A DNA stretch of 64,000 nucleotides from Chamaesiphon sp. (GCA_965246715.1 CBDFFH010000051.1:96001-160000), one strand, 5' to 3'. Counted from the stretch's first letter, positions 52,125-62,790 are shown. Notes: a model not told the origin generated them from the sequence alone. Translations and numbers: made by a program.

Positions 52125-52712
52125 GTGAAATTCAAACTCTTCGATCGCGCAGCCCTAATTAGATTGGGTATTCTCGCCCTAATAATTATCGCACTGCTAA
52201 TCTTTGGCTGGTCGTTGATGGTGTGGATGCCAGGAGAGAGTTTGGGTAGCTCGGTTTATGCTCGCCAAGCCAAGCAACGCGGCGATAAAATTGTGGGGAT
52301 GTTTAGTTTAGAAACATTGGGTTACTACTCAGATAAAGCCGATAGCCAACAATATCCACCACCCTTAAATTTGTTATATCCAAATCGGGGCAACTTCCTG
52401 GGATTTGTCGGAAATATTGAATCGCGGGAATTACTCCGCAATACGATTCGATCGTTTCGCGCTCAAGCTAAATTTCCGTCCGAAGGCGCGGCTTTACCAA
52501 ATGCTTTACAGGGAGTTGGTTGGTCTGACCATTGGGCATTTTGGCAGCAAGGTTATCAAGCAATTATGATTACTGATACTGCTACTTTTCGCTATCCGTA
52601 TTACCATACGCTAGATGATACTGTAGCCAAGATCGACTTTGAGAAATTAGCCAGAGTAGTAAGTGGTATAAGTAACGTAATTCGAGATTTTGGTGGAATT
52701 CAACCGAATTAA
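52125..52712 (+). pseudogene. M28 peptidase with a large in-frame internal deletion
   Basis: TM...WMPGES fused directly to GSSVYA...SLETLGYY...SDHWAF...YHTLDD; AHYD, GANDN and EE zinc ligands absent. Confidence 0.7.
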
Positions 52713-54172
52713 GATAGCCAGCGCGGATGCCAACCAGATAAGGGTAGGCGTTCTGCTTGCACGGGAGTTGTCAGTTCGCGAATATTCGCGGGAATCGGTA
52801 CCAACCACAAAATGCCATTACTCCCACCGCGAACGAGGCGATCGACATTATCACCATTTTCTACTTGGTCGAACATTATGGCTTTGCCATCTGGCGATAA
52901 GCTCATCTGAAGTCCCTGTTGGTTCGGGAGATTTATGAGCATGACGATTTTTTTAGTATCGATATCGATCGCTGTTAGATATGGCTCTTCATAGCTATTA
53001 TTACCCTGAGTTTTGAGTTCGGTTGCCAAGCAGTAAATCAGCTTTTTATCTGGCGAAAATCTGGCATCCCAAATCGAGCCATTCGTCTTAAATATTTGCT
53101 CCTCAATACCATCATTCTTTACGACAAATAATGATTTGGTATAGTCGCTATTGTATTCAACCATGGCAGCGGCACTCCCATCGTTTGCAAAGCTAAGTAC
53201 GTTACCAAATTTGGGTAAGAAATCGAGATTGCTACCCACGTCAGGAACGAGTGGAAAAATCGATACGCCTTGTCCGACAGCCGCCGCAACTTCATTACTA
53301 TCGGGCGTAATTACGAAATCACCACTTTGTTTGAGTTTCGTCGGGGGAGCAGATTTGTCGAGCGGCACTACCCACAGCGCAAAATCACCAGGACGCTTGC
53401 GGCTAACGCGTTGCACGACAATTTTACTGCCATCGGGTGCGAGGTCGAATTTGACATTTTGGTATTCTTGATTATTAAGAATGAGTTCGACATTTCCTGG
53501 TGGCTCGTATTGCCAATCTTTGGTTGAATTATGTGGGGCGATGCCAGTAGTAACACTATAAATTTGTTGACTGGCGATCGCGGGTTGTTTGTTTTCGAGT
53601 GTTTGAATATCTGTCGCCGAAAATAAGATTTTTTGACTATGACGATCGACTTTAAAATCGGTAACAACTAAATTGTCTGGTGTGAGTGTTAACGGTTGAT
53701 GGGTTTGAAAGTTATAAATGACGATCCTACTCCGATCGATCTGACTACTGCCGATATATGCAAACATCCGATCGGGTGTCCGAAATTGCCCGCGAAAGGG
53801 GACGATCTCTTTCCCTCTATTAGTGCCAATCGCCTCTCTCGCGCCTTGTAAATCTACGGTATAAGTATTTCCATAGGGAGCTGGGTTGGTCAGTGTATAA
53901 GCCATTTTGGAACCCGCCCAACTCGTTTTTCCAGTGAGTGGAGGAGCGATTTTAAGTTGCTGCTCCACGGTGGTACGATCGATCGGACGGTTGAATGTCA
54001 GCGTAAAGGCGGTATCGTCGGCACTAATTTGGCGATTTTGCCAATTAAAGTCGCGAACTTGCGGTAAGGTGCGATCGCCAATCAGTAATAAAATCAGCGT
54101 GAAGATCGCGATCCCAGCCATAAATGTCATGGCAATGCGATCGAGTGGAAGTAGAGAGTTTGGGGATTTCAC
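52709..54172 (-). CDS. Conserved exported protein (Ig-like domain plus TolB-like propeller)
   Basis: TM, LTFNRPIDR, W.GSKMAY, repeated SPD/APDG motifs; GTG start; co-oriented with TIGR03943 and the permease. Confidence 0.75.
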   Translation of the reverse strand: MKSPNSLLPLDRIAMTFMAGIAIFTLILLLIGDRTLPQVRDFNWQNRQISADDTAFTLTFNRPIDRTTVEQQLKIAPPLTGKTSWAGSKMAYTLTNPAPYGNTYTVDLQGAREAIGTNRGKEIVPFRGQFRTPDRMFAYIGSSQIDRSRIVIYNFQTHQPLTLTPDNLVVTDFKVDRHSQKILFSATDIQTLENKQPAIASQQIYSVTTGIAPHNSTKDWQYEPPGNVELILNNQEYQNVKFDLAPDGSKIVVQRVSRKRPGDFALWVVPLDKSAPPTKLKQSGDFVITPDSNEVAAAVGQGVSIFPLVPDVGSNLDFLPKFGNVLSFANDGSAAAMVEYNSDYTKSLFVVKNDGIEEQIFKTNGSIWDARFSPDKKLIYCLATELKTQGNNSYEEPYLTAIDIDTKKIVMLINLPNQQGLQMSLSPDGKAIMFDQVENGDNVDRLVRGGSNGILWLVPIPANIRELTTPVQAERLPLSGWHPRWLS

Positions 54173-54224
54173 GATATCTTCTTACAAAGCGGCTGCAAAT
54201 TTACCTAGTCCAGACGATCGAGAT

Positions 54225-54989
54225 CTAATCTTGATAAGGATTTTTAGGTGCTTTTATCGGTTGGAGTTCGCTGGCAGCGATGACTAATTGACGATCTTTA
54301 CCAAAAGTCTCGACAATCATTTTACCCTTGACTTGGAGCCAACTGTCCGGGGGATAAGTCTGCCGATCTCCGGTAAACTTGACGGGAAGGGCGATGGGAT
54401 AAGCATCAGCGGCACAGCAAGTAATCACGAATCTCGACAGCATCAGGTAGTTGGTAGGCAATTCGGGACGGTAGACGACAAACCCATTGATATTCACTTT
54501 TTGACCCAGATATGCATCTGGTTCGGGATAAGTATCGATCGTGCGCTTCCAATCTACGAGGGTTTTAGATTCGGGCTTGACATTGGTACGAAAAGCTTGT
54601 GTTTTGCTACGAGTCACAGTTACAGCTTCTGCCGAGACCCCTCGTTGTACGGCAGCCTGGCTATTGAATAGTTTAGGTGTAATAATCAGTCCGACGATCG
54701 CGGTGCCCAGTAGTAATAAGGTCGTTAGGCCTTGAGGCAGCAAGCTAATGTGTTGCAGTGCTGGAGTGGCGCTCTTGCGTCGCCATATTCGCCAGCTTTG
54801 CAGGATGCCGATGAGTACCAAACACCCACCAGTGACAGTTACGAGCACATAGTAACTGGGGTGAATGAGGATGTATAAGGTACCATCGATCGCGTATTTG
54901 AGTAATAAAATTCCCCAGGCAGTTATCGCCGCAATATCTAACCACGACTTCCACAAACCGGAACGAGAATTGGGAGGTTTAGCTGACAT
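54225..54989 (-). CDS. TIGR03943 family putative permease subunit
   Basis: LIHP.Y, Y.GQKV...GFV, SRFVITCCAADA, P.NPY. Confidence 0.88.
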   Translation of the reverse strand: MSAKPPNSRSGLWKSWLDIAAITAWGILLLKYAIDGTLYILIHPSYYVLVTVTGGCLVLIGILQSWRIWRRKSATPALQHISLLPQGLTTLLLLGTAIVGLIITPKLFNSQAAVQRGVSAEAVTVTRSKTQAFRTNVKPESKTLVDWKRTIDTYPEPDAYLGQKVNINGFVVYRPELPTNYLMLSRFVITCCAADAYPIALPVKFTGDRQTYPPDSWLQVKGKMIVETFGKDRQLVIAASELQPIKAPKNPYQD

Positions 54990-55968
54990 TGAAGTTTACA
55001 AATAGAGTAAAAAGAAAAGTTAATTGCGTTGCGATCGCAAAGATGTAGAAGATTGCCTTGGGTTTGAAAATCGATAACATCAACCCGATACTCTTGAGGT
55101 CGAACATCGGCCCGAACACGAGAAAGGCTAATAACGAACCGCTGGTAAATGTCGCAGCAAATGAGAGGGCAAAAAAAGAATCGACAGTCGAGCAAATCGA
55201 GATCGAGCCAGCTAGCAGCATCATCACGACGATCGAAATAATCGGCCCTTGACCCAAGCTCACGATTAATTCGCGTGGTGTCAGCGTTTGAATCGCAGCG
55301 GCTACGGCACTACCCAATACTAACACTCCCCCTAATTCGCGTAGCTCTTGCACGACATTATCGAGTAGTAAGTTAAAATTCTCGCGGAGCGATTTTTTGG
55401 GAATCTGGATCGCAGCAGGAGTCAGTCGTTGAGCTGCGGCACCGCCACTACCAAGCATAAAGTCGCCACCATCGAGGAGGCTATCGTTACCGAATTTAGG
55501 TGTCGCTCTGAGCGTCCCTAAAGCGATCGCTGGTTGTAAAATCGGTTTGAGGTCTGTTTGAGTACTAAAAATCCACCCGATAATCGTAGCGATCGTCAGC
55601 GAAAAAATTACCCGGAGGACGACGATTTCCGGTCGATCGTGAAAAGCAATCCAGGTAGACCAAATCACGATCGGATTGACTGTCGGTGCAGCTAGTAAAA
55701 ATCCGATCGCTACCGGCATCGGAACACCTTGCAGTATCAACCGTCTTGCCACTGGTACGTTACCACACTCGCATACTGGAAATAAAAATCCCACACAGCT
55801 ACCGACAAATGCCCCCAAAATCGGATTTTTGGGCATATTGGCAATCAGCCAACGTTCGTCAATAAAAATCAACAGGACGCTGGATAATAATACTCCGAGG
55901 AGCAAGAACGGAATTGCTTCTACCAATAAGCTCAGGAAGAGGGTAAATGCGTTATTTAGCTGTTCCAT
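54979..55968 (-). CDS. DUF318 family permease
   Basis: EAIPFLLLG, FPVCECGNVP, AAPTVNP, SICSTVDSF, FGPMFDLK. Confidence 0.88.
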   Translation of the reverse strand: MEQLNNAFTLFLSLLVEAIPFLLLGVLLSSVLLIFIDERWLIANMPKNPILGAFVGSCVGFLFPVCECGNVPVARRLILQGVPMPVAIGFLLAAPTVNPIVIWSTWIAFHDRPEIVVLRVIFSLTIATIIGWIFSTQTDLKPILQPAIALGTLRATPKFGNDSLLDGGDFMLGSGGAAAQRLTPAAIQIPKKSLRENFNLLLDNVVQELRELGGVLVLGSAVAAAIQTLTPRELIVSLGQGPIISIVVMMLLAGSISICSTVDSFFALSFAATFTSGSLLAFLVFGPMFDLKSIGLMLSIFKPKAIFYIFAIATQLTFLFTLFVNFNVS

Positions 55969-56018
55969 CTAGAAAGGAGTAGGGGTTATGGGTTTGTGAT
56001 TAGCGATCGGGAAATAAA

Positions 56019-56651
56019 CTATTTGTTTCCCTTGTCGCTGCTGTCTTCGTCATCTTGCCTGTTGCCATCCTTCAGATACAATTCGATCAGTCCAGACGGG
56101 GGAAGGATTTCAATCCGGCGATTGGAGAGATCGACGACAGGCACGATGGCTTTGACGAAGGGAATCATCACTTCAGCGGTTTTACCCTCGCCATTAGGTG
56201 CCTCAACTACCAGAATCTCATGTCCAGCGGTAAAAATATCCACAACAATGCCAATCTGCGTCCCCGTGACTTGATGAAAAACGGGTAAATCGATCAAATC
56301 TTGACTATGATACTCTTCCGATGCCAATCTCGGTCGATCGGTTATCGGGACTAGCAACATTTGTCCGCGTAGATTTTCGGCTTGCGTGCGATCGCTAATG
56401 CCAGCTAATTGCACTACGTACAAGCCGCGTCCAGGGATCTCATAACCCTTTTGCAGTTGGATCGATCGCGGTGCTGGATCGTGACTTCCCCACAACCAGC
56501 GTTCTCCCGCCCGCTCGAATCGTTCGGGAAAATCGGAGTTGGGATAAACTTTGACTTCGCCTTTAATCCCTTGTGCGCCGACGATCGAACCAATTTCCAT
56601 CCAGCCATCAGGCGGTACTAAGGGTGCGGATTTAGACGGGATGTTAGTCAT
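56019..56651 (-). CDS. rimM: Ribosome maturation factor RimM
   Basis: IGSIVGAQGIKGEVKV..SDFPERF, DR..AE.LRG, MIPFVKAIVPVVD. Confidence 0.95.
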   Translation of the reverse strand: MTNIPSKSAPLVPPDGWMEIGSIVGAQGIKGEVKVYPNSDFPERFERAGERWLWGSHDPAPRSIQLQKGYEIPGRGLYVVQLAGISDRTQAENLRGQMLLVPITDRPRLASEEYHSQDLIDLPVFHQVTGTQIGIVVDIFTAGHEILVVEAPNGEGKTAEVMIPFVKAIVPVVDLSNRRIEILPPSGLIELYLKDGNRQDDEDSSDKGNK

Positions 56652-56858
56652 GGCTGCGGCAGTAGTGAAAGGAGTTTAATCTTATATATTAAACCGCAAT
56701 CCTCGATCGAGACACAACTATCGGCGGCGGGTGACTGAAGTCGTGCCTAGCTAACCGAAATCCAGCCCGTCGAGCACATAAATTGCCTCTTGACAATTAA
56801 AATAATTGCTATGCGGACTGAATTTCCTAGTTCGCGTCTTGAAAAAGTGCGATATTTG

Positions 56859-56893
56859 CAACAATCTCAGCGGTTTTACCGCTGAGATTGTTG
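56859..56893. terminator. Hairpin downstream of the SDR gene
   Basis: CAACAATCTCAGCGGT-TTT-ACCGCTGAGATTGTTG. Confidence 0.55.
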
Positions 56894-56915
56894 GTAGCAA
56901 CTTGGGTTAGTTTAC

Positions 56916-57923
56916 CTAATCCATATCCTGCAAAATATTGGCAGCGATGAGCGCTAATATTCCCAGCCCAACCGTTCCCCATTTAGCAAGCGGATGAACA
57001 TCGAACCAATCTAAGAAACTCGGAATCGTCTTATCGGTAAAGTCTCCAGTCGTCTTATCGTAACCCTCGATCGGTTCGAAGAGATTATTCGGGTCGCTAG
57101 CTGATTTGACTGTAGTGGTACGTTGAAATGGCACTGCGATCGCACCTACAAGTGTATCTACCAAGTCGGGAGCGATCTTCTGGAGCAAGTCGATAACCCG
57201 CCCGACATCACCAACAATTATGTCGCGGGTAGGATGTTCTGCAGCGTGCAAAATTGCTTTAGCAACCAGACTGGGTTGATAGTAAGGTGGTACTCCGGTC
57301 GGTTTGACACCTAGCTTTGTCATTGCTTTGTTATAGAAAGGGGTGTTGATGACAGAAGGCAGGATATTGGTAATGCTAATCGGGACACCTTCATATCTCA
57401 ACTCTGCACGCAATGCATCGAGAAAGCCCTCCACACCGTGTTTAGATGCAGAGTAAGAGGTTTGCAGTGGCATCGAGCGACGAGCTTCAACTGACGAAAT
57501 AGCGATAAAAGCGCCCCGTCCTGTGCGGCGCAGGTGCGGCAATGCTACCATCGCCCCATAAACTTGCCCCATCAGATTCACATCAATTACCCGCTTGAAC
57601 TCCTCAGGAGTTACCTGCTCGAAGGGGGAAATAACCGCAGTTGCTGCGGCATGTACCCAAGTATCCAATCGTCCGTAACGTTCGATCGCACTGTTAGCAA
57701 TAGTCTGTACCTGCTCTAATACTGCCACATCAGCCGGAACTGCGATTGATTCTGCTCCTAACTGAGTAATTTCATCAACTAATGATGCTAACCCCGATTT
57801 GCTCCGGGCAGAGACCACTAACTTTGCCTGTTGCTTGGCAAACTGGAGTGCTGTTTCTCGGCCAATTCCGCTAGATGCGCCCACAACAACAACAACTTGT
57901 TGTTCGATCGGTTTGAGTTTCAT
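56916..57923 (-). CDS. SDR family oxidoreductase
   Basis: GASSGIG, YSASK catalytic motif, C-terminal TM. Confidence 0.92.
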   Translation of the reverse strand: MKLKPIEQQVVVVVGASSGIGRETALQFAKQQAKLVVSARSKSGLASLVDEITQLGAESIAVPADVAVLEQVQTIANSAIERYGRLDTWVHAAATAVISPFEQVTPEEFKRVIDVNLMGQVYGAMVALPHLRRTGRGAFIAISSVEARRSMPLQTSYSASKHGVEGFLDALRAELRYEGVPISITNILPSVINTPFYNKAMTKLGVKPTGVPPYYQPSLVAKAILHAAEHPTRDIIVGDVGRVIDLLQKIAPDLVDTLVGAIAVPFQRTTTVKSASDPNNLFEPIEGYDKTTGDFTDKTIPSFLDWFDVHPLAKWGTVGLGILALIAANILQDMD

Positions 57924-58160
57924 TTGGAGTTAGTTACACTTTCTTTGCCTTGGTATGCTAACAATTCAACTTCCGAGCGCCATCTCTCGCTAGAGAGAGA
58001 TTAACGATCTTTGTTAATGTCCGTGAGATAACTCAACATTCTAGTGCAAGATATTCGATCGGGTTAGATCGTGAGATTTTTATCCAATCGCATAAAAATT
58101 AGGGGATTTTTCCTGAAAAACAATCGAGTATAATGTAAACAATTGACGAGATAGAATCTT

Positions 58161-58826
58161 ATGGCTTATCCATCAGCACCTTGGCAGCTTCAAGGTTACG
58201 CCATTCAAACTTTACATTTGGTCGAGATCGATCGGATTCGAGCGCTAATACCACCTCAACTAGAAATAGTAGCCGTCTTGCCCGGAAAAACACTCGGCAG
58301 TATTTATGTTTCAGAGTATCAGTCAGGCTCCGTACTGACATATAATGAGTTAATTGTCGCACCGGCTCTAGTCAGAAATCATCGCAAAGTAGGTGGTTGG
58401 ATTTCACATATCTATGTCGATAATCTTGATTCGGTAGCAGGAGGGCAAGAAATTTGGGGCTTACCAAAAGAGATGGCTGAATTTACTCGATCGGATCGTC
58501 AAATTGTTATCAGCCAGCAAGATCTCACTTTATGCAATCTGAGTGTTTCCCCTAATATATTCAGCAGTCTGAAATTACAACCACAAATAACGGGCTATTG
58601 CTTTGGCAATCTTAATGGGGAGTTACTATACTTTGGCAATAATTTTAAAGCAAAAATTAGCTCGATCGATAGTAAATTAAAAATTCCTCAAACCAGTCCA
58701 TTTGCTCATCTAAATTTATCACCAGCATTCCTCACGATCGATCTTCAGGAGTTAAAATTAGTAGCTGGAATTCCAGCACATACCGGTATTCAGCTGTTAA
58801 AGCATCAGTTGCACCGAGCAAACTAA
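58161..58826 (+). CDS. Acetoacetate decarboxylase family protein
   Basis: YPSAPWQLQG, YNELI, WISHIYVD...SVAGGQEIWGLPKEMA. Confidence 0.85.
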   Translation: MAYPSAPWQLQGYAIQTLHLVEIDRIRALIPPQLEIVAVLPGKTLGSIYVSEYQSGSVLTYNELIVAPALVRNHRKVGGWISHIYVDNLDSVAGGQEIWGLPKEMAEFTRSDRQIVISQQDLTLCNLSVSPNIFSSLKLQPQITGYCFGNLNGELLYFGNNFKAKISSIDSKLKIPQTSPFAHLNLSPAFLTIDLQELKLVAGIPAHTGIQLLKHQLHRAN

Positions 58827-59070
58827 CTTGAGTAATTAAACCATTGAGTCCAATGGTACCCAATACGCTTCGGTTAGCCACCGATTAAAATCGGGGCTAA
58901 TGATGCAAAGTCCGCCTATGCGGACTAAAACTCAACCAAATATTCCTTTAACCGAACCGTATTGCAATGGCACCAATCAAAGAAACATTTTTGCCACGTT
59001 GATGTGGGCGAGAGCCTCTGGCTCTTGATCCCTTTGGCGAACGAGCAGATGACCTCATAAAAGCTAGATT
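58788..59070 (-). pseudogene. IS630 transposase fragment interrupted by a MITE
   Basis: After removing 58861-58974 it reads NLAFMRSSARSPKGSRARGSRPHQRGKNVSLIG(A/T)IGLNGLITQVSLLGATDALT. Confidence 0.75.
58861..58964. mobile_element. MITE family B variant, 104 bp
   Basis: CAATACGCTTCGGTTA...TAACCGAACCGTATTG; 10-bp duplication CAATGGTACC / CAATGGCACC. Confidence 0.88.
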
Positions 59071-59397
59071 AAATTAATTTTACCTGAAACTCGCTCTTAG
59101 TTATAATCGAATTCGTAATAAATGTAATAAATTACTAAATACTATTCGTTGGCATCGCCTACACTAGGTAATCGCCAGTTCAATTTATTTCCGCTAAAAA
59201 TTATCAGATTTTGATGCGTTCACCCGGATGACTCATTGAAACTAAAATTGTAACGACAGCAGCCCGCGATCGAAAAGATCTCAGATGGTTTCTAAATAGC
59301 AGCGATTTCAATCACCAAGCCATTAGCTCGGCCTTCCTGGGTACAATATTAGAGATGTAGTGTAACCCAAACCATCGGCTGACTATCTTCTCTAATA

Positions 59398-61716
59398 ATG
59401 AATGCTGATACTGCAATAGCTTGGATCGATCGATTGGTAGTAGTGGAGACTGGCAAGCATCTTAACGATCTCCAGATTTTTACGATCGAGCAAATTTGGC
59501 TGGGCAAAAAGTATATCGAGATTGCTGAAGAGTATCACTGTACCGAAGGACACGTCAAGGATATCGCAGCCGCCTTGTGGCAATTATTATCCCAACTCTT
59601 GGGCGAGCGCGTCACTAAAACCAATCTCAAATCGCTGTTACAGCGCCATGCAGCCCCAGTAACATCGCCGCCGAGGATCATTCCCAATTACCAGTTTATC
59701 GGGCGAGAAGCCGCGATCGCCAGACTAGATGAGTTAATCCAGCAGGGACAACATACGATCGTGATTCAGGGCGAAGGCGGGATCGGGAAAACGACACTCG
59801 CCCAAAAGTATTTAAAAACCTGTGGCTGCGATCTTATCCTCGAGTTATCGATGGCAAAAGAGACAACGCAAATCGCCCCTGCGGAAGTTGTAGTCGAGGA
59901 ATGGCTCCAACAAGATTTACAGATCGAACCGGGACGAGAATTTAGCGTCACATTATTACGCCTAAAACGTCAATTAAGTACGCGCAAAATTGGTGTTCTG
60001 ATTGATAATTTAGAGCCAGCTTTAGATCGCGATGGGCGGATCGTTGCGAGTCAGCGTAATTACATCGAATTATTTCGAATTTTAACCGATCGCCAGTTAC
60101 CAGGAGTCACCTTAATTACCAGTCGAGATCGACTGTGTGAAGTAGATCTCAATCTCGCTCACTATCGCTTATCAGGTTTGAATTTAGATGCTTGGCAAAC
60201 TTATTTTAAGTATCGACAAATTGCTACTACTGAATTAGAAATTGCCCCATTTCACCAAGCTTATGGTGGTAATGCGAAAGCAATGGAAATTATTGCTGGT
60301 AATATCTACGCCGATTTCGATGGCGATCTCAGGGCATATTTACGATCGGCAGACAAATCGCCGTTAGTAGAAACTGGATTGCAACAGCTAATTGTCGATC
60401 GATTCGATCGATTGCAACAACTCGATCTCGATGCATATAATTTACTTTGTCGTGCGGGGTGTTATCGCTATCAGGAGATCGATCGGGTTGAGGCTACTGC
60501 ATTATCTTGTCTATTGTGGGATGTCGCAGATTCACAAAGAACGCGAGTAATTAACTCGCTTAAAAACCGCTCTCTGATTGAATATCATCGCGGCAAATAC
60601 TGGCTGCATCCCGCGATGCGATCGGAAGCAATCGCCAGATTGCGGACTACAGATTGGACACAAACTCATCGCCAAGCGGCTGAATACTGGAGTAATACAA
60701 TTACCGAAATTACCGATCTGCATACTGCAATTACCGCATTAGAAGCTTATTATCATTATCTAGAAATCGGCGAGCTTCAGCAAGCTGTAGAAGTATTACT
60801 CAAGCCACTCCGCAATCAATGGGGACAATTTTTACCACTGGCGAGCAATCTCTACCGCATGGGTGCGATCCAACCTGCTTTAACCGCGATCGTCCAAATT
60901 ATCCCATCATTACAACCGAGTCGCAGTACCGCAGAATTGTACAATATCTTAGGCGATCTCTATTGGATTATTGGTAAAGTCCGCGATGCGATCGAGGCTC
61001 AACAATATACAATCGATTACACGAATCAAGTTTTATTAAAAGTAGCAGATACCGATGCATCTCATGATACTCACTGTCTGAGAATATTAAATATCGATTC
61101 GCTTTTAAGTATGGGACTATATCAGATCGATCTCTGGGAATTAGGTGCGGCTAGTAACCTGTTTGAACGAGTTATTGATGCTGCTTGTAAGCTCGATCTC
61201 GATCGATGGGTACGCAAAGCGAGTATTTGTTTGGCTTTAGTATGCTCCGATTTCGGAAATACGGATCGAGCCAGAGAATTATTACGATCGATCGAGTCGA
61301 TCGATAGTTCTCAAAAATCGACTGGTAGCAATGCTTATTTCCTCCAAATCATCGGACAGACTTATACTAATTTAGACGAATTCGATCGCGCTTTGGCAAT
61401 TTATCAACAAACATTAATTTTCTGTCAAACTGGTAACTACCTCCAAATTCAAGGTAGAACGCTCAATGGCTTGGCACAACTGTATCGTCAGCAAGGAGAT
61501 TTACAATTGGCTCAAGCGACTCATTTGCAATCGATCGAAATTCTCGATCGACTCGGTGCCAAATGCGATCTTGCTGAAGCTTATTATCAAGCGGGATTGA
61601 CATGGCAACAAGCAGGCGATCTTAGCCAAAGTCAGATCTATATCGATCTCCACGCCCAAAAACTTTTTACTCAAATCAATGCTCCCCGCCAATTAGACAA
61701 GATAAGGTTTGTTTAA
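59398..61716 (+). CDS. STAND (NB-ARC-like) NTPase with N-terminal HTH and C-terminal TPRs
   Basis: GKHLNDLQ...GHVKDIAA.LWQLLS HTH; FIGRE, GEGGIGKT, VLIDNLE, ITSR, LHP; TPR repeats. Confidence 0.88.
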   Translation: MNADTAIAWIDRLVVVETGKHLNDLQIFTIEQIWLGKKYIEIAEEYHCTEGHVKDIAAALWQLLSQLLGERVTKTNLKSLLQRHAAPVTSPPRIIPNYQFIGREAAIARLDELIQQGQHTIVIQGEGGIGKTTLAQKYLKTCGCDLILELSMAKETTQIAPAEVVVEEWLQQDLQIEPGREFSVTLLRLKRQLSTRKIGVLIDNLEPALDRDGRIVASQRNYIELFRILTDRQLPGVTLITSRDRLCEVDLNLAHYRLSGLNLDAWQTYFKYRQIATTELEIAPFHQAYGGNAKAMEIIAGNIYADFDGDLRAYLRSADKSPLVETGLQQLIVDRFDRLQQLDLDAYNLLCRAGCYRYQEIDRVEATALSCLLWDVADSQRTRVINSLKNRSLIEYHRGKYWLHPAMRSEAIARLRTTDWTQTHRQAAEYWSNTITEITDLHTAITALEAYYHYLEIGELQQAVEVLLKPLRNQWGQFLPLASNLYRMGAIQPALTAIVQIIPSLQPSRSTAELYNILGDLYWIIGKVRDAIEAQQYTIDYTNQVLLKVADTDASHDTHCLRILNIDSLLSMGLYQIDLWELGAASNLFERVIDAACKLDLDRWVRKASICLALVCSDFGNTDRARELLRSIESIDSSQKSTGSNAYFLQIIGQTYTNLDEFDRALAIYQQTLIFCQTGNYLQIQGRTLNGLAQLYRQQGDLQLAQATHLQSIEILDRLGAKCDLAEAYYQAGLTWQQAGDLSQSQIYIDLHAQKLFTQINAPRQLDKIRFV

Positions 61717-61922
61717 CCTTCGCATTAGCTGGCAGCTACACGCCATGATTGCTGCGAATTGACACCATGAATTGTAAGTTTAATTTCTCCAATTGTTGTT
61801 AAGCTCTTTCTCTGTGATGGTGTGATAATTGCTAGGATCGTTCGCTTAAATGCATCGAGCACTTCTAACTTCTGGAAATATCTTTTGATAATGAATTTAT
61901 AATAAATAGACAAATGCGATCG

Positions 61923-62696
61923 CTAGTAAAGCTTCGAGCCGCAACGTTTGCAAAAACTCGCATCTAGCTCATGCTTGGATAACTGACAATTTTTACAAAT
62001 AGTTGAGATTTTATTACTACCTTTAGCAATTTGCTCGATTAGATCTTTCAATTGCCAGGGAATGAGTGCGATCCCAGTTAATATCATCAAAACTGTCATT
62101 AATTTCCCGGCATCTGACGTAGGCGTAACGTCGCCAAATCCTACTGTTGTCATCGTCACGACGGCAAAATAGACAGCATCAAAGAAGGTGCCAAAATTCT
62201 TTGGATTTACCGTGTGTTCTACTTGATAAATCAAGCCAGAATAAATAAAGATAATTGAGAAGATTGTAAATAAAATGCGCGTAACGATCGAACTACCTTC
62301 CCGATCGAGATTACCGAATAAAGGTTTCCCTTCAATAAATCTCAACAACCGGAGGATGCGGAACCAGCGGAGAATCCGAATGAAGCTAATATCTGTTACC
62401 CCAGTCAATACGGGAAGAATCGTAATGAGATCGATTAGCGAATAAAAACTAAATATATATTTAAGCTTGTCTGGTGCCGCGATCGCTCTAATTAAATATT
62501 CAACTGTAAATATTGCTAAAATGATGAAGTCTATCTTGAAGAGGATCGCGCGGATATCTGCTGCTAGTGGATAAGTTTCAGCAACAAAGATACCTGTAGA
62601 AATCAAGACTAGCCCAGTGATCGATAAATTAACTATTCTACCGATCGGGTGTTCGATATCTTCTAGGTAAAATGCAATTTTATCTGCAAGGATCAT
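61923..62696 (-). CDS. 6-TM potassium channel (ion transporter) with C-terminal Zn ribbon
   Basis: RILRWFRILRLLR S4 helix, TTVGFGD filter, CKNC...CKRC. Confidence 0.92.
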   Translation of the reverse strand: MILADKIAFYLEDIEHPIGRIVNLSITGLVLISTGIFVAETYPLAADIRAILFKIDFIILAIFTVEYLIRAIAAPDKLKYIFSFYSLIDLITILPVLTGVTDISFIRILRWFRILRLLRFIEGKPLFGNLDREGSSIVTRILFTIFSIIFIYSGLIYQVEHTVNPKNFGTFFDAVYFAVVTMTTVGFGDVTPTSDAGKLMTVLMILTGIALIPWQLKDLIEQIAKGSNKISTICKNCQLSKHELDASFCKRCGSKLY

Positions 62697-62790
62697 AGAA
62701 AAAGTTTAGTAATATCGCTAAGTTCGATCCGTTATAATTATCTTAAAGAGCTTCAGCTACAGCATAACAGAGTCTAATGTAGGTGAATTT

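Noticed and set aside
61725..61913. 62-aa ORF after the potassium channel
   Set aside because: Non-ATG start and no motif; cannot be supported, though not excluded
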